From Macrostomum lignano (taxonomy: Eukaryota), in NCBI GenBank assembly GCA_002269645.1, contig NIVC01004547.1, forward strand, positions 1 to 42,378: a stretch of 42,378 nucleotides of DNA, written 5' to 3'. A program made the position numbers and the translations under genes. Positions 19,610 through 37,500 of this stretch are shown piece by piece. Position 1 is the stretch's first letter. Each line of letters starts with the position of its first letter. Below the pieces are notes generated by a model. It was not told where the DNA came from, ran no database searches, and was given only the letters and a program-made list of their open reading frames with translations.

Positions 19610-22338
19610 CTCACTCCGCTCTCTCCCTCCACTGTTGCTCACTCCGCTCTCTCCCTGTTGCTCACTCCGCTCTCTCCCTGTTGCTCACTCCGCTCTCCCT
19701 GTTGCTCACTCCGCTCTCTCCCTGCTGCTCACTCCGCTCTCTCCCTGCTGCTCACTCCGCTCTCTCCCTGTTGCTCACTCCGCTCTCCCTGTTGCTCACT
19801 CCGCTCTCTCCCTGTTGCTCACTCCGCTATCTCTCTCCCTGTTGCTCACTCCACTCTCCCTGTTGCTCACTCCGCTTTCCCTGTTGCTCACTCCGCTCTT
19901 CCTGTTGCTCACTCCGCTCTCCCTGTTGCTCACTCTGCGCTCTCCCTGTTGCTCACTCTGCGCTCTCCCTGTTGCTCACTCTGCGCTCTCCCTGTTGCTC
20001 ACTACGCTCTCTCCCTGTTGCTCACTCCGCTCTCTCCCTGTTGCTCACTCCGCTCTTTCCCAGCTGTTGCTCACTCCGCTCTCCCCCTGCTGCTCACTCC
20101 ACTCTCTCCCTGTTGCTCACTCCGCTCTCTCCATGCTGCTCCCTCCGCTCTCTCCCTGTTGCTCACTCCGCTCTCTCCCTGCTGCTCACTCCGCTCTCTC
20201 CCTGTTGCTCACTCCGCTCTCTCCCTGTTGCTCACTCCGCTCTCTCCCTGCTGCTCACTCCGCCCTCTCCCTGTTGCTCACTCCGCTCTCTCCCTGCTGC
20301 TCACTCCGCTCTCTCCCTGCTGCTCACTCCGCTCTCTCCCTGTTGCTCACTCCGCTCTCTCCCTGTGCTCACTCCGCTCTCTCCCTGTTGCTCACTCCGC
20401 TCTCTCCCTGCTGCTCACTCCGCTCTCCCTGCTGCTCACTCCGCTCTCTCCCTGTTGCTCACTCCGCTCTCCCTGTTGCTCACTCCGCTCTCTTCCTGTT
20501 GCTCACTCCGCTCTCTCCCTGTTGCTCACTCCGCTCTCTCCCTGCTGCTCACTCCGCTCTCTCCCTGCTGCTCACTCCGCTCTCCCTGCTGCTCACTCCG
20601 CTCTCCCCCTGTTGCTCACTCCGCTCTCTCCCTGTTGCTCACTCCGCTCTCCCTGTTGCTCACTCCGCTCTCTCCCTGTTGCTAACTCCGCTATCTCTCT
20701 CCCTGTTGCTCACTCCACTCTCCCTGTTGCTCACTCCGCTTTCCCTGTTGCTCACTCCGCTCTCCCTGTTGCTCACTCCGCTCTCCCTGTTGCTCACTCT
20801 GCGCTCTCCCTGTTGCTCACTCTGCGCTCTCCCTGTTGCTCACTCTGCGCTCTCCCTGTTGCTCACTCCGCTCTCTCCCTGTTGCTCACTCCGCTCTTTC
20901 CCAGCTGTTGCTCACTCCGCTCTCCCCCTGCTGCTCACTCCGCTCTCTCCCTGTTGCTCACTCCGCTCTCTCCCTGCTGCTCCCTCCGCTCTCTCCCTGT
21001 TGCTCACTCCGCTCTCTCCCTGCTGCTCACTCCGCTCTCTCCCTGCTGCTCACTCCGCTCTCTCCCTGTTGCTCACTCCGCTCTCTCCCTGTTCCTCACT
21101 CCGCTCTCTCCCTGCTGCTCACTCCGCCCTCTCCCTGTTGCTCACTCCGCTCTCTCCCTGCTGCTCACTCCGCTCTCTCCCTGCTGCTCACTCCGCTCTC
21201 CCTGCTGCTCACTCCGCTCTCTCCCTGTTGCTCACTCCGCTCTCTCCCTGCTGCTCACTCCGCTCTCTCCCTGCTGCTCACTCCGCTCTCCCTGCTGCTC
21301 ACTCCGCTCTCTCCCTGTTGCTCACTCCGCTCTCCCTGTTGCTCACTCCGCTCTCCCTGTTGCTCACTCCGCTCTCTCCCTGTTGCTCACTCCGCTCTCT
21401 CCCTGTTGCTCACTCCGCTATCTCTCTCCCTGTTGCTCACTCCGCTCTCCCTGTTGCTCACTCCGCTTTCCCTGTTGCTCACTCCGCTCTCCCTGTTGCT
21501 CACTCCGCTCTCCCTGTTGCTCACTCTGCGCTCTCCCTGTTGCTCACTCTGCGCTCTCCCTGTTGCTCACTCTGCGCTCTCCCTGTTGCTCACTCCGCTC
21601 TCTCCCTGTTGCTCACTCCGCTCTTTCCCAGCTGTTGCTCACTCCGCTCTCCCCCTGCTGCTCACTCCGCTCTCTCCCTGTTGCTCACTCCGCTCTCTCC
21701 CTGCTGCTCCCTCCGCTCTCTCCCTGTTGCTCACTCCGCTCTCTCCCTGCTGCTCACTCCGCTCTCTCCCTGCTGCTCACTCCGCTCTCTCCCTGTTGCT
21801 CCCTCCGCTCTCTCCCTGTTCCTCACTCCGCTCTCTCCCTGCTGCTCACTCCGCCCTCTCCCTGTTGCTCACTCCGCTCTCTCCCTGCTGCTCACTCCGC
21901 TCTCTCCCTGCTGCTCACTCCGCTCTCCCTGCTGCTCACTCCGCTCTCTCCCTGTTGCTCACTCCGCTCTCTCCCTGTTGCTCACTCCGCTCTCTCCCTG
22001 CTGCTCACTCCGCTCTCCCTGCTGCTCACTCCGCTCTCTCCCTGTTGCTCACTCCGCTCTCCCTGTTGCTCACTCCGCTCTCTTCCTGTTGCTCACTCCG
22101 CTCTCTCCCTGTTGCTCACTCCGCTCTCTCCCTGCTGCTCACTCCGCTCTCTCCCTGCTGCTCACTCCGCTCTTCCTGCTGCTCACTCCGCTCTCTCCCT
22201 GTTGCTCACTCCGCTCTCCCTGTTGCTCACTCCGCTCTCTTCCTGTTGCTCACTCCGCTCTCTCCCTGTTGCTCACTCCGCTCTCTCCCTGCTGCTCACT
22301 CCGCTCTCTCCCTGCTGCTCACTCCGCTCTCTCCCCTT
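19610..22338. repeat. 2.7-kb CT-rich satellite, 21/23-bp units (CTGTTGCTCACTCCGCTCTCTCC), with higher-order structure
   Basis: Over 100 tandem units; diagnostic variants recur as a block three times. Confidence 0.97.
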
Positions 22339-22823
22339 GTGACACTTAGAAAACAAAGTTTGCTTTTCAAAGTTACAGTACTTTGTATAATTTTAATCTT
22401 TAACGATCAAACGTTTTTAAAGTGATCTGCTAGCTTGAGAAACCTGACCAGTTACAATTTTAATGTGAATATTCAAGGTGAATATTTAGTCCCAATGCTG
22501 ATAAGACACTGCAGTACTCGTAGTTACAATGGCTGACCACTCGCTCATGCAATTCTTTTTTAGGGTCAAAAATTGACCTTAGACGTTAGACTACGACGCA
22601 GTGCTCATGTATATGCACAGAGAACCTGATGACTGATATGCTCGCTTGACTGAGACAGTGAAAGTTTAGCATTTATAAGTTTCAGTCAGTTTAATGCCCG
22701 GTCGCGTCAATCGATTATAGCCACTGATTTGAAAGCAATTTCGAATATACATGTACATGTAAATTTGCGCACTACTCCACGTTTTTAACAGTTTTTAGCA
22801 TCTTAGCTACTGAGGGTCTGCAT

Positions 22824-23670
22824 GGGAGGCTGGCCCAGCAACTGAGAATCTAGGAGGCTGGCCCAGCAACTGAGGATCTGGGAGGCTGGCCCAGCAACTG
22901 AGGATCTGGGAGGCTGGCCCAGCAGCTGATGAGGATCTGGGAGGCTGGCCCAGCAACTGAGGATCTGGGAGGCTGGCCCAGCAACTGAGAATCTGGGAGG
23001 CTGGCCCAGCAACTGAGGATCTGGGAGGCTGGCCCAGCAACTGAGGATCTGGGAGGCTGATCCAGCAGCTAGCTGATAAGGATCTGGGAGGCTGGCCCAG
23101 TAACTGAGGATCTGGGAGGCTGGCCCAGCAACTGAGGATCTGGGAGGCTGGCCCAGTAACTGATGAGCATCTGGGAGGCTGGCCCAGCAACTTAGGATCT
23201 GGGAGGCTGGCCCAGCAACTGAGGATCTGGGAGGCTGGCCCAGCAACTGAGGATCTGAGAGGCTGGCCCAGCAACTGACGATCTGAGAGGATGGCCCAGC
23301 AACTGAGGATCTGGGAGGCTGGCCCAGCAGCTGAGGATCTGGGAGGCTGGCCCGGCAACTGGGGACTGAGGATCTGGGAGGTTGGCCCAGCAACCGATGA
23401 TCTGGGAGGCTGGCCCAGCAACTGAGGATCTGGGAGGCTGGCTAAGCAACTGAGGCTCTGGGAGGCTGGCCCAGCAGCTGATGAGGATCTGCGAGGCTGG
23501 CCCAGCAACTGAGGATCTGGGGGGCTGGCCCAGCAACTGAGGATCTGGGGGGCTGGCCCAGCAACTGAGGATCTGGGAGGCTGGCCCAGCAACTGATGAG
23601 GATCTGCGAGGCTGGCCAAGCAACTGGGAATCTGGGAGGCTGGCCCAGCAACTGAGGATCTGGGAGGCTG
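22824..23670. repeat. 28-bp minisatellite (GGGAGGCTGGCCCAGCAACTGAGGATCT) with 31-bp variants, about 30 copies
   Basis: Tandem array of the same family as 31569-31868, in the opposite orientation. Confidence 0.96.
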
Positions 23671-24135
23671 GTGACCTAAACAATACAAATAAAACAAAGC
23701 AGTGAACCAAGGGGCACTATGGATAAATGAAGAGAACAATTTTATTAATTTTGACATAAAATTGAATCAGTTGGCGGGCCACAGCTTAGTGAGCTGTCAT
23801 CGGGATAAGGGCTCAAACCGGATGTTTGATTAATAATAATCGGCATGAATAAAAACAACAAAGGTGGCTTAAATTAAAAGTACAAAAAGTGAGTTACACT
23901 ATACTTACTGGTTATCAAAGTCGAAGGCTATTTGAAAGTATTTTTAAGAATCATGAAAAACAGGTGCATATAAGTTATATCGGGAGAGATGATGTCAATG
24001 AACTAGCGAAGATATAAAAAAATTACAAAAAAAGAGAAATTTCTGGAATAATAATTATTTTAGGTTACGATTCGCTCAACTTGCTCAATGTTTATTGAAT
24101 CTGTCAGATTGTAAAGTGACAGCCTTTCTTTCAAT

Positions 24136-28136
<4,001 letters not shown>

Positions 28137-28515
28137 GATTTTAATAATTAACACAGATTAAAATACAGCAGCAGGGAATTTTTGCAACCACAAATACTAG
28201 AAAATAGACGAATAAACATAAAGTTAAAATATGTATAGTAATTGCTTAAGCGCATAAAACAAAACTCGTAATAATTGTATGTATAAAATAGGTAAAATAT
28301 AGAAATACGTAGGTGTTATAAATAAATTAAGTTATTTATTTTAAATAATTAGGTTATATCAGTTTAGACGAATTAAAACTATTGTTTGTTGATAAATTTA
28401 ATATCTCATCTTTCAAGATTTTACGTTCTTTCACCCCAGTGAGTCATAAGTAAATATTTTTACTACAGATCTGACGACCTGTCTCTTATCAAATTTTTTT
28501 AGTTCATGAAACACT
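28137..28515. promoter_or_regulatory. Short AT-rich divergent intergenic region; candidate bidirectional promoter
   Basis: Only 379 bp separate the cathepsin D ATG (minus) from the SCAMP ATG (plus). Confidence 0.55.
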
Positions 28516-31500
28516 ATGAGTGACTTTGGAGATAATCCGTTTGGTGATCCTAAAGCTAGCCAGAGCGCGGATCCCTTCTCTGTAAGTTGTAAATTCAAAA
28601 AAGTCCAGAATTATTTATTGGCAAAATGTATTTATTAGTACTTATAAAGCATATATTAATTTAGAAACCTTTTTATTCTACTAAAAAATAAAAAGCATGA
28701 TACTTAATTTTTACTAAAGGAAAAGCAATACTTCATACTTTCCTACATCATAGATAACTCAGGTCATTTAGCAAATTTATCAATTTAGCAAAAAATCTTC
28801 TTTAGTAAATAGGAGAGCAGATTCTTTGTTATTATTGAATAGATATTTTTGTATCATAAAATTGTAGTAGTAGGTTAGGCCTATGCTATAGAGGTAGAAA
28901 GCAATTTCTTTATTCTAACCATATTGGTCTTGTATGAAGTAGAGTTGGATCAAACATGACATTAATTAACAAATTAGCCATAATTTGTAAAATGTATAAA
29001 AGAAATAATAGTAAAACTGTAATATAACCTATTAAAAAGGTCATTTTTATTTCTATCCCCCCCAAATAATAGAGGCCTAAGGTCTTTTTTAAAACCTTAG
29101 GGCTTAGATCTTAAAAACTAAAAGTATACAAGATCCCTGACCGTCATGGTGATTGTGTCTTTGGTAATAGGCCTATATAAATAATTTTATATTTAATGTA
29201 TTTCTACAAAAAATATATTATGAAAGATAAAAATATAAGTCCTTTTTTACTTTTGAGTATATCTTAGGCTATTGAGGTGTGATTTCAAATTGGTTTTGGA
29301 TAGCTAGTACAACTTTTAATTTATCATTCAGCTTTAGATACTAATATAATTTGAGAATATATATTTTGCATAAAAATAGTTTCATTTAATGCAAGCATCC
29401 ATTTTGTAAATCTAATGCCATGGTTGAAGTCTATGAAAAAAATATTATAGCTTAGAACTTGTTGCATACTTTATTACAACTTTTATGTCAACTGAAACAT
29501 AGAAATTCTAGTATCCATTGAAAACTCTGTTATACTCAACATAGAAAGGACTTATAAAACACCTCTCATATAGGGATCTATAACATTAAATTGCAAACTT
29601 GGTAGAACTACATATAAAATAGAGAGTTAAAATTTTTAGCTCACATGCATTTCATCTTTGGCATATTTAAACTCAACTCATGCCTACTAAATCAGGACCC
29701 ATCAGTGCAACAGGCAGCAAGAGGTTCTCAGGCAGCCGCCGTTCAAGACTTCAATCCATTTGAGAAAGGTCAGGAAAGATCCGCGGTTGCTGGGCCAGCT
29801 GTTCTCCCAGCAACTGGTGGAGGCCCACAGCAGGCGGCCCCACCGCCTCCATACACGTCCTCTGCCCAGCAGCCCGCGCCATCCAAGATCAACACTGACG
29901 AACTGGAAAAGCGTCAGCGAGAACTCGACGCCAAGGCCAGGGAATTGGAGAGGCGAGAAGAGGAGCAGCGGCAGAGGGAGCAGGATCTGTCTGCTGGCGG
30001 ATGTGAGTGAGCTGTGCATCAACTGGGAAACTTTCAGATCCCAAATCACTCGGGACATTCAGATCCCAAATCATCACTCGGGACATTCAGATCCCAAATC
30101 ACTCGGGAAATTCAGATCCTAAATCACTCGGGACATTCAGATCCCAAATCACTCGGGATGTTCCGATCCCAAATCACTCGAGATATTCAAATCCCAAATC
30201 ACTCGGGACATTCAGATCCCTAATCACTCGGGATGAATTCAGATCCCAAATCATCACTCGGGACATTCAGATCCCAAATCACTCGGGACATTCAGATCCC
30301 AAATCATCACTCGGGACATTCAGATCCCAAAAACTTCACATCTGGATGTTCAGATCCCAAAACACTCGGGTCATGCAGATCCCTAAACACAAAAACAATA
30401 TTTTATTTTTCAGTCCGAGCTAACAACTGGCCGCCATTGCCTTCATTCTCTCCAATCGGGCCCTGCTTCTATCAGGACATCGATTTAGAAATACCACTGG
30501 AGTTTAGAAGGATTGTACAGTTGGCCTACTACCTGTGGATGGCTCACGCCTCTGTGCTGCTCATTAACATAATTGGAGCGATTACTTATTTTATTGCGGT
30601 GAAGGAGAACAAAGCCAATGCTGGCACAGTGTTTGGCGTATCGCTTATTGTGTTCGTCATCTTCACTCCAGCCTCCTTTGTGTGCTGGTTCCGACCGCTG
30701 TACAGGGCCTTCAAGTGAGCGCTGGCTGACATACAGAAACTAGGACAGGCATGAGAGATAGGCAGATACTATATGAAAGGCAGACAGACACAATTAAAGA
30801 TAGGCAGACACAATTAGAGACAGGCAGACACAATTAGAGACAGGCAGACACAATTAGAGACAGACAGACACAATTAGAGACAGGCAGACACAATTAGAGA
30901 CAGGCAGACACAATTAGAGAGAGGCAGACACAATTAGAGACAGGCAGACACAATTAGAGATAGACAGACACAATTAGAGACAGGCAGACACAATTAGAGA
31001 CAGGCAGACACAATTAGAGAGAGGCAGACACAATTAGAGACAGGCGGACACAATTAGAGACAGGCAGACACAATTAGAGACAGGCAGACACAATTAGAGA
31101 CAGGCAGACACAATTAGAGACAGGCAGACACAATTAGAGACAGGCAGACACAATTAGAGATAGGCAGACACAATTAGAGACAGGCGAACACAATTAGAGA
31201 CAGGCAGACACAATTAAAGACAGGCAGACACAATTAATTAAAGACAGGCGGACACAATTGGAGACAGGCAGACACAATTGGAGACAGGCAGACACTAAGA
31301 GAGACACACAAAAAACTAGAAGAGTTTTAACTATCTCTTCCAGAAGCGACAGCAGCTTCAATTTCTTTCTGTTCTTCCTGATGCTGTTTGTCCAATTCTC
31401 CATACTGACCATCCAATGCCTGGGCCTGGACTATCTGGGCTCCTGCGGCTGGATTAACGCCTTCGTCATGATGAAGGAGAGCACAGCTGTGGGCGTCCTG

Positions 31501-32053
31501 ATGCTCATCATCGCCATCGCTTTCACCGCTTTGGCTGCGTTGGACCTTCTGCTGCTGGTTCAGGTGAGTCCTCAGTTGCTGGGCCAGCCTCCCAAATCCT
31601 CATCAGTTGCTGGGCCGGCCTTCCAGATCCTCAGTCGCTGTGCCAGCCTCCCAGATCCTCCGTTGCTGGGCCGGCCTTCCAGATCCTCAGTCGCTGTGCC
31701 AGCCTCCCAGATCCTCCGTTGCTGGGCCGGCCTCCCAGATCCTCAGTTGCTGGGCCAGCCTCCCAAATCCTCATCAGTTGCTGGGCCAGCCTCCCAGATC
31801 TCCAGTTGCTGGGCCAGCCTCCCAGATCCTCAGTTGCTGGGCCAGCCTCCCAGATCCTCATCAGTTGCCGTGCCGCCCGCAGGTGCACCGCATTTACCGC
31901 AGCACAGGCGCCAGCTTTGCCAAAGCTCGCCAGGAGTTCAGCCAGGGCGTGCTGACCAACGAGGCAGTCAGGGGCGCCGCTGCAGATGCTGCAACAGCCA
32001 CCGCCAGGTCTGCCTTCACGGGTGGGGGCAGCGGCAGCGGAGGTCGGTACTAA
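28516..32053 (+). CDS. SCAMP: Secretory carrier-associated membrane protein (SCAMP), complete, 5 exons
   Basis: Exons 28516-28581, 29696-30002, 30414-30714, 31344-31563 and 31883-32053; GT-AG introns in phase. NPF repeats, coiled coil ELEKRQRELDAKARELERRE, NNWPPLP, E-peptide CWFRPLYRAFKSDSSFNF, four TM segments and VHRIYRSTGASFAKARQEF. Confidence 0.96.
30035..30385. repeat. 25-bp minisatellite (CACTCGGGACATTCAGATCCCAAAT) with 28-bp variants, in SCAMP intron 2
   Basis: About 13 units. Confidence 0.93.
30775..31292. repeat. 20-bp minisatellite (GACAGGCAGACACAATTAGA) in SCAMP intron 3
   Basis: About 25 units. Confidence 0.96.
31569..31868. repeat. 28-bp minisatellite (CCTCAGTTGCTGGGCCAGCCTCCCAGAT) filling SCAMP intron 4
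   Basis: About 10 units; reverse complement of the 22824-23670 unit. Confidence 0.94.
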
Positions 32054-34569
32054 CTGGCACCCTGAGACCTGAACCTTGGCAGAAGCCCTGTTTTACAATT
32101 TCTGTGTCTCCGTCATCATCTCTTCTATCTATCGGTAGAAGCTGATCTTCTAAATGCCTTGATTTTTATAAACTACAAAATTTATACAATATTCCGCTAA
32201 TTAATTTAAAAAAATGTTCCTCTGTCTACTCAGACTAATGATCAGTAGAATGTTTAAACTTTAATATTGGCTTCACTATATATTGTTTTTTATTGTTAAT
32301 GTTGTGTATAGTTGTTTTGCATGTCATACTACTGATCCTTTAAGTAGTATCATTGGTAAGAAATGTTTAGGCACTATGAAAATTGTGATAATTGAATTAT
32401 TAAAATATTACTGACATTCTATTCAATTCTTTTTTATACACTAACGATATTTTGGATTATTGTTCCTGCAATGCGCTGTTTATACTACTTACTTTCCTGT
32501 CTGTATTTTTTCTATTTAATATTCATATTCAAATTAAATAATCATTTAATGTCAGTAGTACGAGTAGACTGTGATTGCCATTTATTTTTAAATCGCTCAT
32601 AGGTGGCTGACTTGGCTTGTAAATTCAGTACAGTTTGTAATGACATTAATGCTGTCTACTGCCAATATTTTGTTTACATTAATGTTTATCAAGCCCTGCT
32701 AATGTGTTGTTGTTGTGGTATTTATTAATCTTCAATTTTTGTTTCTGCAATATATTATAGATTGAATCTTTACATTATTCTCATTTTGCGGACTTATTTT
32801 TATAGTTTTATAGTAACAATATGCAATGATGAAAATGACGTGACTACTTGCAATAGTATAATATATTCATATACTCGTAGAATGATGAAACAGCGCCTAA
32901 GGCACCCAGTTAAATGATTTTGTGTTACAAATTTCGGTTTGAATAAAAGATTTTGAGAATCGACCTAATCTTTTCTTTTAAATGTCGTTTTTTTTTATTT
33001 GGCGCCCTCCTCACTGGCTTACGAGTCTCCAAGGAAATTCCATGGAAATTCCGTGACTAGTTCTCTAAAAAGATTAAGATGGCAATATTTATGATAGTAT
33101 TGCGTCAGGGCGATCAGTCAAAAGGGAGTGGGGTGCACAGACGGCAGATGTACTTGTCAAAACATTTACCATGTAATCATCATGGACATGGTAGCTAAGC
33201 AAAGGCTGCAATTGTTCCAGGTACAGGGATTTAAAGGGCATGAAATTCATCGCAATACGATGCATGTACTTTTCTCGACCGCGTGAAGGCCTAAGGTAAA
33301 CCAAGGTTAGTGAAATTATGATTTTGGCAAGTTTTTGTGGTCATACAAGGAATACATGTACATGTAATTAATTGTTTGAAACGACTCCCTGAATACTTGT
33401 GAGGAGTTCATGGAACGCACTTCATTTGCTCTGACCTGGTGCTGCGTGGGAATATATCCCGTCAGAGGACACGGACTTGCAAGACGATCCGGTACGTGGT
33501 ATCAATTCCAGGATCGTGACTGCAGCAGACAACGTCAGGAGCGCAAGGCCTCTGCAGAATGCAGTCAACAAGAGGCCGACCTGTTACAGCAAACCGACGT
33601 CGGTCTACGCTCCCAATTTCTATCAACGTCGCTGACAAATATGTACTTTTACATTACATCGACGGATAACGACGTAATTCTCGCATACAATTGGTGAACA
33701 AAGAATTGGTGAACACAGCATTGGTTGAACACAGCATCGGTGTGGTGCGCAGCCTATGCGTTTACAATGCATTTTCTCTTGCTCTCTAGCCAACGTGCTC
33801 AGCACCCCAATGTATTGCGTAACTCATAGCTGCACGTCGGCAGCTGCGTGAATATATATCGCAAATATACGGCTCTTAGAGGCCAAGATTCTTACCCGCC
33901 AAGCGGACTACGAACACTACAATCGGTAAACACAGAATTGGGAACACAGCATTGGTATAATAACGGAATGGTTAACACAGCATTTTAAGGCTTTCAAGCC
34001 TGCAGTCAACCTACAGTCCAATTCTAAATTTTAAATTCCAGATTTTAGGCCCTAAAATAGATTTCTACTAATTCTTATTTTATTCAGACCTTTATGATAA
34101 TTGCCTGCTACGTGCGGTGCCAATTATTATGTTACAAAACCAAATTATTCTAAGAACAAAAGCTTCTTTTCAAGCTATAAGAAAAAATTAATACAACAAA
34201 CAATGTGTTTAAGTAAAAAGCTCAACTTAACTAACTGGCATGGCAACTAACTAACTGGCAGTTAAAACAATAAATGCGCATGCCATGCAGTGCCAAAATG
34301 GCTCGGTTAGTTCCATGTTGGATTTTTCGCTACATGTACAATGGCCTGTTACTATTTTTAGCCACGGCGTACGTTTGTTTAGTATCCGTGCTGGCTGCGC
34401 TGGCTTAGGAAGTTTCCCCCAGTTGACGACCATGGCTTTTTCACACCACGTAATGCCTATTTTTAATTGTTCGTTTTCCCAATATAGTTCCGTATTACAT
34501 GTAGCTGACGGTGCATTGCAGGCTACAAATACAAATTTCGGGCGCCGATTACAAGCCTTTGCTTTCGAA

Positions 34570-37500
34570 ATGGCCATGGAAATGGAAGAGTTCTTCGAGG
34601 CCAGTAATCAGCCTCAAGGCTGCGGTGGGAACTCCGAACAGTTCCTCAGCAGGCTGAGCAGTCAGCTACGACCTTATTTGGATGCCGCGGATGCCCTGAA
34701 AGCAGACAAGAGCAGCAGTGCTGTGAATTACCCCAGCATCGTTGTGATCGGAGACCAGTCTGAGGGCAAGTCGACGGTGCTGGAGGCGATATCCGGGGTG
34801 GAGCTGCCTAAAGCCACCAGTCTGTGCACCAGGTGTCCCATCCAGCTGCGTCTGAGGGAAGGCGACGAGAAGATTGAGATCAGGTAAGACCAAGATGTTC
34901 TGTGTGTGTGTCAGTGCCGAGTCTAAATTAAAAAATTGCTGCATGTATATGATAACTCCAGTTACGGGCAAGGCAGCAGCCTTCATCCGAAGAAAATTTC
35001 GCGTAACGACATTGCCCGCGAAATATCTATCTCCCAGGAGCACATTGTGTCATCTAGCGGGCTGGAGATCACTGACGAGACAATTTCTGTGCTCATCCAG
35101 ACGCCTGACGGGTTCAACCTAACTCTGATTGACCTGCCAGGCATTAACAGGTGATTTTAGAACCACCGGGTCATCTTCTGGACTTCGGATCTGTATTTGA
35201 TCTTGTATTTTTCCACATGTATTCTCAGCAACATCGAAAAGTCGCCATTACAAAAGATTCCATCTGTGCTTGCCACTTCTAAAGTTGCAGGTAAAGTCTG
35301 TCAATCTTTGCGAGTGACGCAACTCAGCTACGCCGCGGCAGACTTGAGTTGAGGAATGAAGTGGGGGGAGCGGTGTGCGAGGGTTGGACGGATTAAGGCT
35401 ACCCCGATCAGTTTTCTAGTATCTTTTATTTCAGAATAGTCTAAGAGAAATTTCTCACTGGCGCATAGAGTGGCCACTTTTCAATGTTGCTGCGTATATT
35501 CTGTTCTATTTTTTGTAAGACCCTGCTCAACCCAACTCAAATCAACTCAAGCCTACTCAACCACCCAATCCCACTCTAACCAACACAACCCAACTCAACC
35601 CCTGTCAACCCAACTTTACTAAATCAATTAAATTCAGGTTCTAACTATAGCTAACCCTAATTTTTCAATATACAAATAACCCTACGTGTAAACATGACAG
35701 AATTTGATAGATAATTTCCAGATGATTTAAGATAAGCTGTCACTTTTACTCCGAAAGCTTGAAACGAAAATACGAAAAATACGAAACGAAACTTGGGAAA
35801 ATACGGGTAAAATATTTGCAGGGACACGAACGACATCGAAGAACAAACCGTGAAAATCATCGAGCGCTACATAGAAAGCGAACAGACAATCATTACCGTG
35901 GTGTTCAAATGCACCACTGACGTTAAAGCAGTCAAGGCTTTCCAGCTCGCTAAGAAGTTCGACCCCGAGGGCAAGCGGACCATTGGTGTGATCAGTCACT
36001 GCGACACGCTGAGTGAGAACTGGGAGGAAGCGATTAGCAAGCTGGTGTCTTCACAATCAGGAGTCTTTATTCCTGTCGCTTGCCGAGACTACATTTCAGG
36101 CGGGACTTCCGCAGAGGAGAATGTGCTGTCTCAGCGTGCAGAGCCTGAAACATTCAGTCCCGATTTCTCACGCCAATCCCTGTATTTGGAGCCAAATAGC
36201 TCCCGTTAGGACGAAAACCTGGCCATTAGCATTTTGGGATCTCTATGGGGAGAAATGGGATAAATGAAAGGAATAGGAATTTTAAACGAAATAAGTAATC
36301 AAAAGTGTTCCAGATCTTGACAAGTTGAGAAAGCATACAAAAGTTTTTGCGGGTGGAAACGCTAAAAGTACGAGTTATACAGCTGTACAGCTGTGCTCTC
36401 AAAACTTATTTCACAAAGAATTCTTTTTTGTATAGCGCTAAATGGGGTTTTGCCATGGACGAACTCTTTTAGAAAATTACACAATGGAAATAGAAACAAC
36501 TTAAACCTTTGAAGCGATACGCTCGTAAGTTGCTTTTGTTACCTTCTCTTTTTAGCGAAAACGAACCGAACATCAAAACCAGCTGAATGACTTGCTCGAA
36601 GGAGAGCCGACAGAGGCGGCCGACTCCAGGAAAGTAGCCTGCGCTCTGCTCAAAAGATTTGCTCATGAGTTTGAGGCGCAGGTGAAAGAAGAGCACAGAA
36701 CGGAGAAAAATGTTTTATTTTCCGAATGTGAAAGAAACTTGGACGAATTCGAGCAATCCATTCGACAACTGACGGAGCCGAACGAGGACAATGATGAACG
36801 TGAGTTTTCTGTGGACGAGCTTCCATTGTTTTTTTCGCATCATCAATCACGCTATCTTTGATAAAATGAACATTTTGACAAATTACAACTGCAAATAACT
36901 TTGTTTCTTTAATCAGAAACATCAACTTAGTTTCTAAGGTTAACTGACCTGACTTACTCTCAAAGGTAATTCTTTATTGGTTATAGTATAACAGTTATAC
37001 TGATCGAGATTCAATTGGAGACCGTGCAACATTCCGACGTACTCGAATTCGATGGAAATCGCTGGTAAATTAGCATTTTTAAATTAAACCGGCGGATAAC
37101 ACTGGCTAAAAGTCAGTGTAATGTACAAATACCCCGTTTACCATGCCGCGACGTTGATACATGTTGTAGTCTTCGATTTCGTGTCAGCCGACGTCGCTGA
37201 GGTCACCGGAAGGAGGGTGAGGTTTGCGCTGATTAGAGTTGATGGTGAAGCGTGCAGCTGAGGAAAGAATTAATATTGAAAGACCAATCAGAAAGGTGTG
37301 AGAGGCAGAGTAAGAGATAAGAAGACCCGAATATCGAACCCCAGAAACCAAGAGTGGCCGGACAGTAATCAGAGAGACGCGGAAGAGAGCAGATGAGTTT
37401 AGGAGATGATTTCGAGAGTCGCGACAAACGGAAAAGGGCCGAAAAACGTCCAGCCGCAGGAGTGACATCGCATGGATAGTAGGACGTACATGTAAATACT

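Noticed and set aside
22626-22663. CTGATGA...GAAA as a hammerhead ribozyme
   Set aside because: Stem II lacks the closing R-Y pair next to the core, and no stem III or cleavage triplet could be formed.
33690-33990. Two clusters of AACACAGCATTGGT-like motifs as transposon subterminal repeats
   Set aside because: They are direct rather than inverted, and no TIR or TSD was found.
35229-35290. Extra Mx exon (AG...GTAAAG)
   Set aside because: Its 62 nt would shift the frame, and exons 2 and 3 already join into a normal [15 protein letters not shown] sequence.
35760-35795. GAAACGAAA repeats in Mx intron 2 as ISRE/IRF sites
   Set aside because: The spacing is 1 nt rather than the canonical GAAANNGAAA, and the stretch looks like simple low-complexity sequence.
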